Below are positions 63,126-64,000 of a stretch of DNA of 64,000 nucleotides, piece by piece. Location: assembly GCA_951406725.2 (NCBI GenBank), contig OX597820.1:114514001-114578000 (forward strand), given 5' to 3'. The DNA is from Octopus vulgaris (lineage: Eukaryota). How positions within the stretch are numbered: the stretch's first letter is position 1; every line of letters begins with the position of its first letter. The position numbers were made by a program, and so were the translations under genes. A model generated the notes under the pieces. That model saw only the letters and a program-made list of their open reading frames with translations, did no database searches and was not told the origin of the DNA.

Positions 63126-64000
63126 TGCTGGTATGAATTAGATGGTTTGACAGGAGCTGGCAAATCAGAGGCCTGCACCAAGCTCTTCTGTCTTCTTTAG
63201 CATGGTTTCTGTGGCTGGATGCCTTTCCTAATTTGCCAACCGCTTTACAGAGTGTTCTGAGTACTTTTCATGTGGCACCAGCACCAACAAGGTTACCCAA
63301 TAACTTGCAAGACAAGATGCCTCAACTGAGAGGAGATGAGTATTGAGTGCTTGATGAGGAGAGGGTAGAGTGTGATAAAAGGACAGAAATGGATATTTTG
63401 CAGTAGATGAGATACATGGCTCACCCTGGTGGAAAAAAGTGGAAAGAATGAGAGAAGGTGAAGAAGGTTTAATGGGTTTTTAGCCCACTAATTTAAATAT
63501 AATGTCCGGTCTTCCTTCGAATAGCTGTAGGAATTAATCCAGTGAAAAACAACAACAATTTGTATGGGTTTTTGAGGCCTTCATGTACATGGTATAGTTA
63601 TTCCAATCCAGGAGGAGAGTATTCGTACACAGCTTGAATATTTAACATTTTACAGAACAGAATGAAGTTGAATAAGAAAAGGTTTTCATCTTGCCACCTT
63701 CCATGACTGGTATAGTGGATTCCACTCAATTCAAATCGATGCTGGGTAGTCTAGTAGCAGAGAGGGAGACGATGCAGTTAGCAGCAGGCCGCTTGGTCAG
63801 CAACAAAGAGAGCGTTTCTTGGCTCTGCCCGTCTTTTTATCCCGTATCTCACGAGCGCCCTCTTGTTGTTAACGATGTGACCAGGGGAGATAACTCCAGA
63901 TGACCCACGTTCGGACATGGATTCAACTACAGTTGCCTACAAAGGTATCACAATGTACCCTCAAATAACAGGGAGAGGTATATAAGTTAAGTGGAAGAGA

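Noticed and set aside
48214-64000. DHRS12 exon 3 (expected G-x-V-H-[LM]-V-C-R)
   Set aside because: No matching reading frame with splice sites found by eye; it probably lies beyond the window.

Overview
This is AT-rich, repeat-saturated animal DNA. The SINE/LINE families suggest a coleoid cephalopod, most likely Octopus, which is an inference and not a database result. The only host gene I can support is the 5' part of a DHRS12-like short-chain dehydrogenase on the + strand: coding exon 1 at 23586-23641, a 24.4-kb intron, and exon 2 at 48080-48213. Exon 3 was not found in the window. A CpG-retaining, promoter-like zone surrounds exon 1. The rest is mobile DNA: RTE, CR1-group, R4-like, L1/Tx1-like and I-group LINE fragments, three decayed Ty3/Gypsy elements, a Penelope GIY-YIG fragment, Tc1/mariner, hAT, TTAA-flanked and Helitron-like elements, three tRNA-type SINE families, and many microsatellites. 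The most interesting signals are non-coding. Several unrelated small elements carry minimal type-I hammerhead-ribozyme-like motifs in direct or inverted repeat arrangements, resembling Penelope pLTRs or retrozymes. The RTE 3' UTR contains a modular double-hairpin repeat array. There is also a perfect 77-bp snap-back insertion and a 2.25-kb tandem-repeat/RTE-tail composite that splits a SINE. Most entries in the ORF track are spurious. All coordinates were read by eye, so repeat boundaries are approximate.
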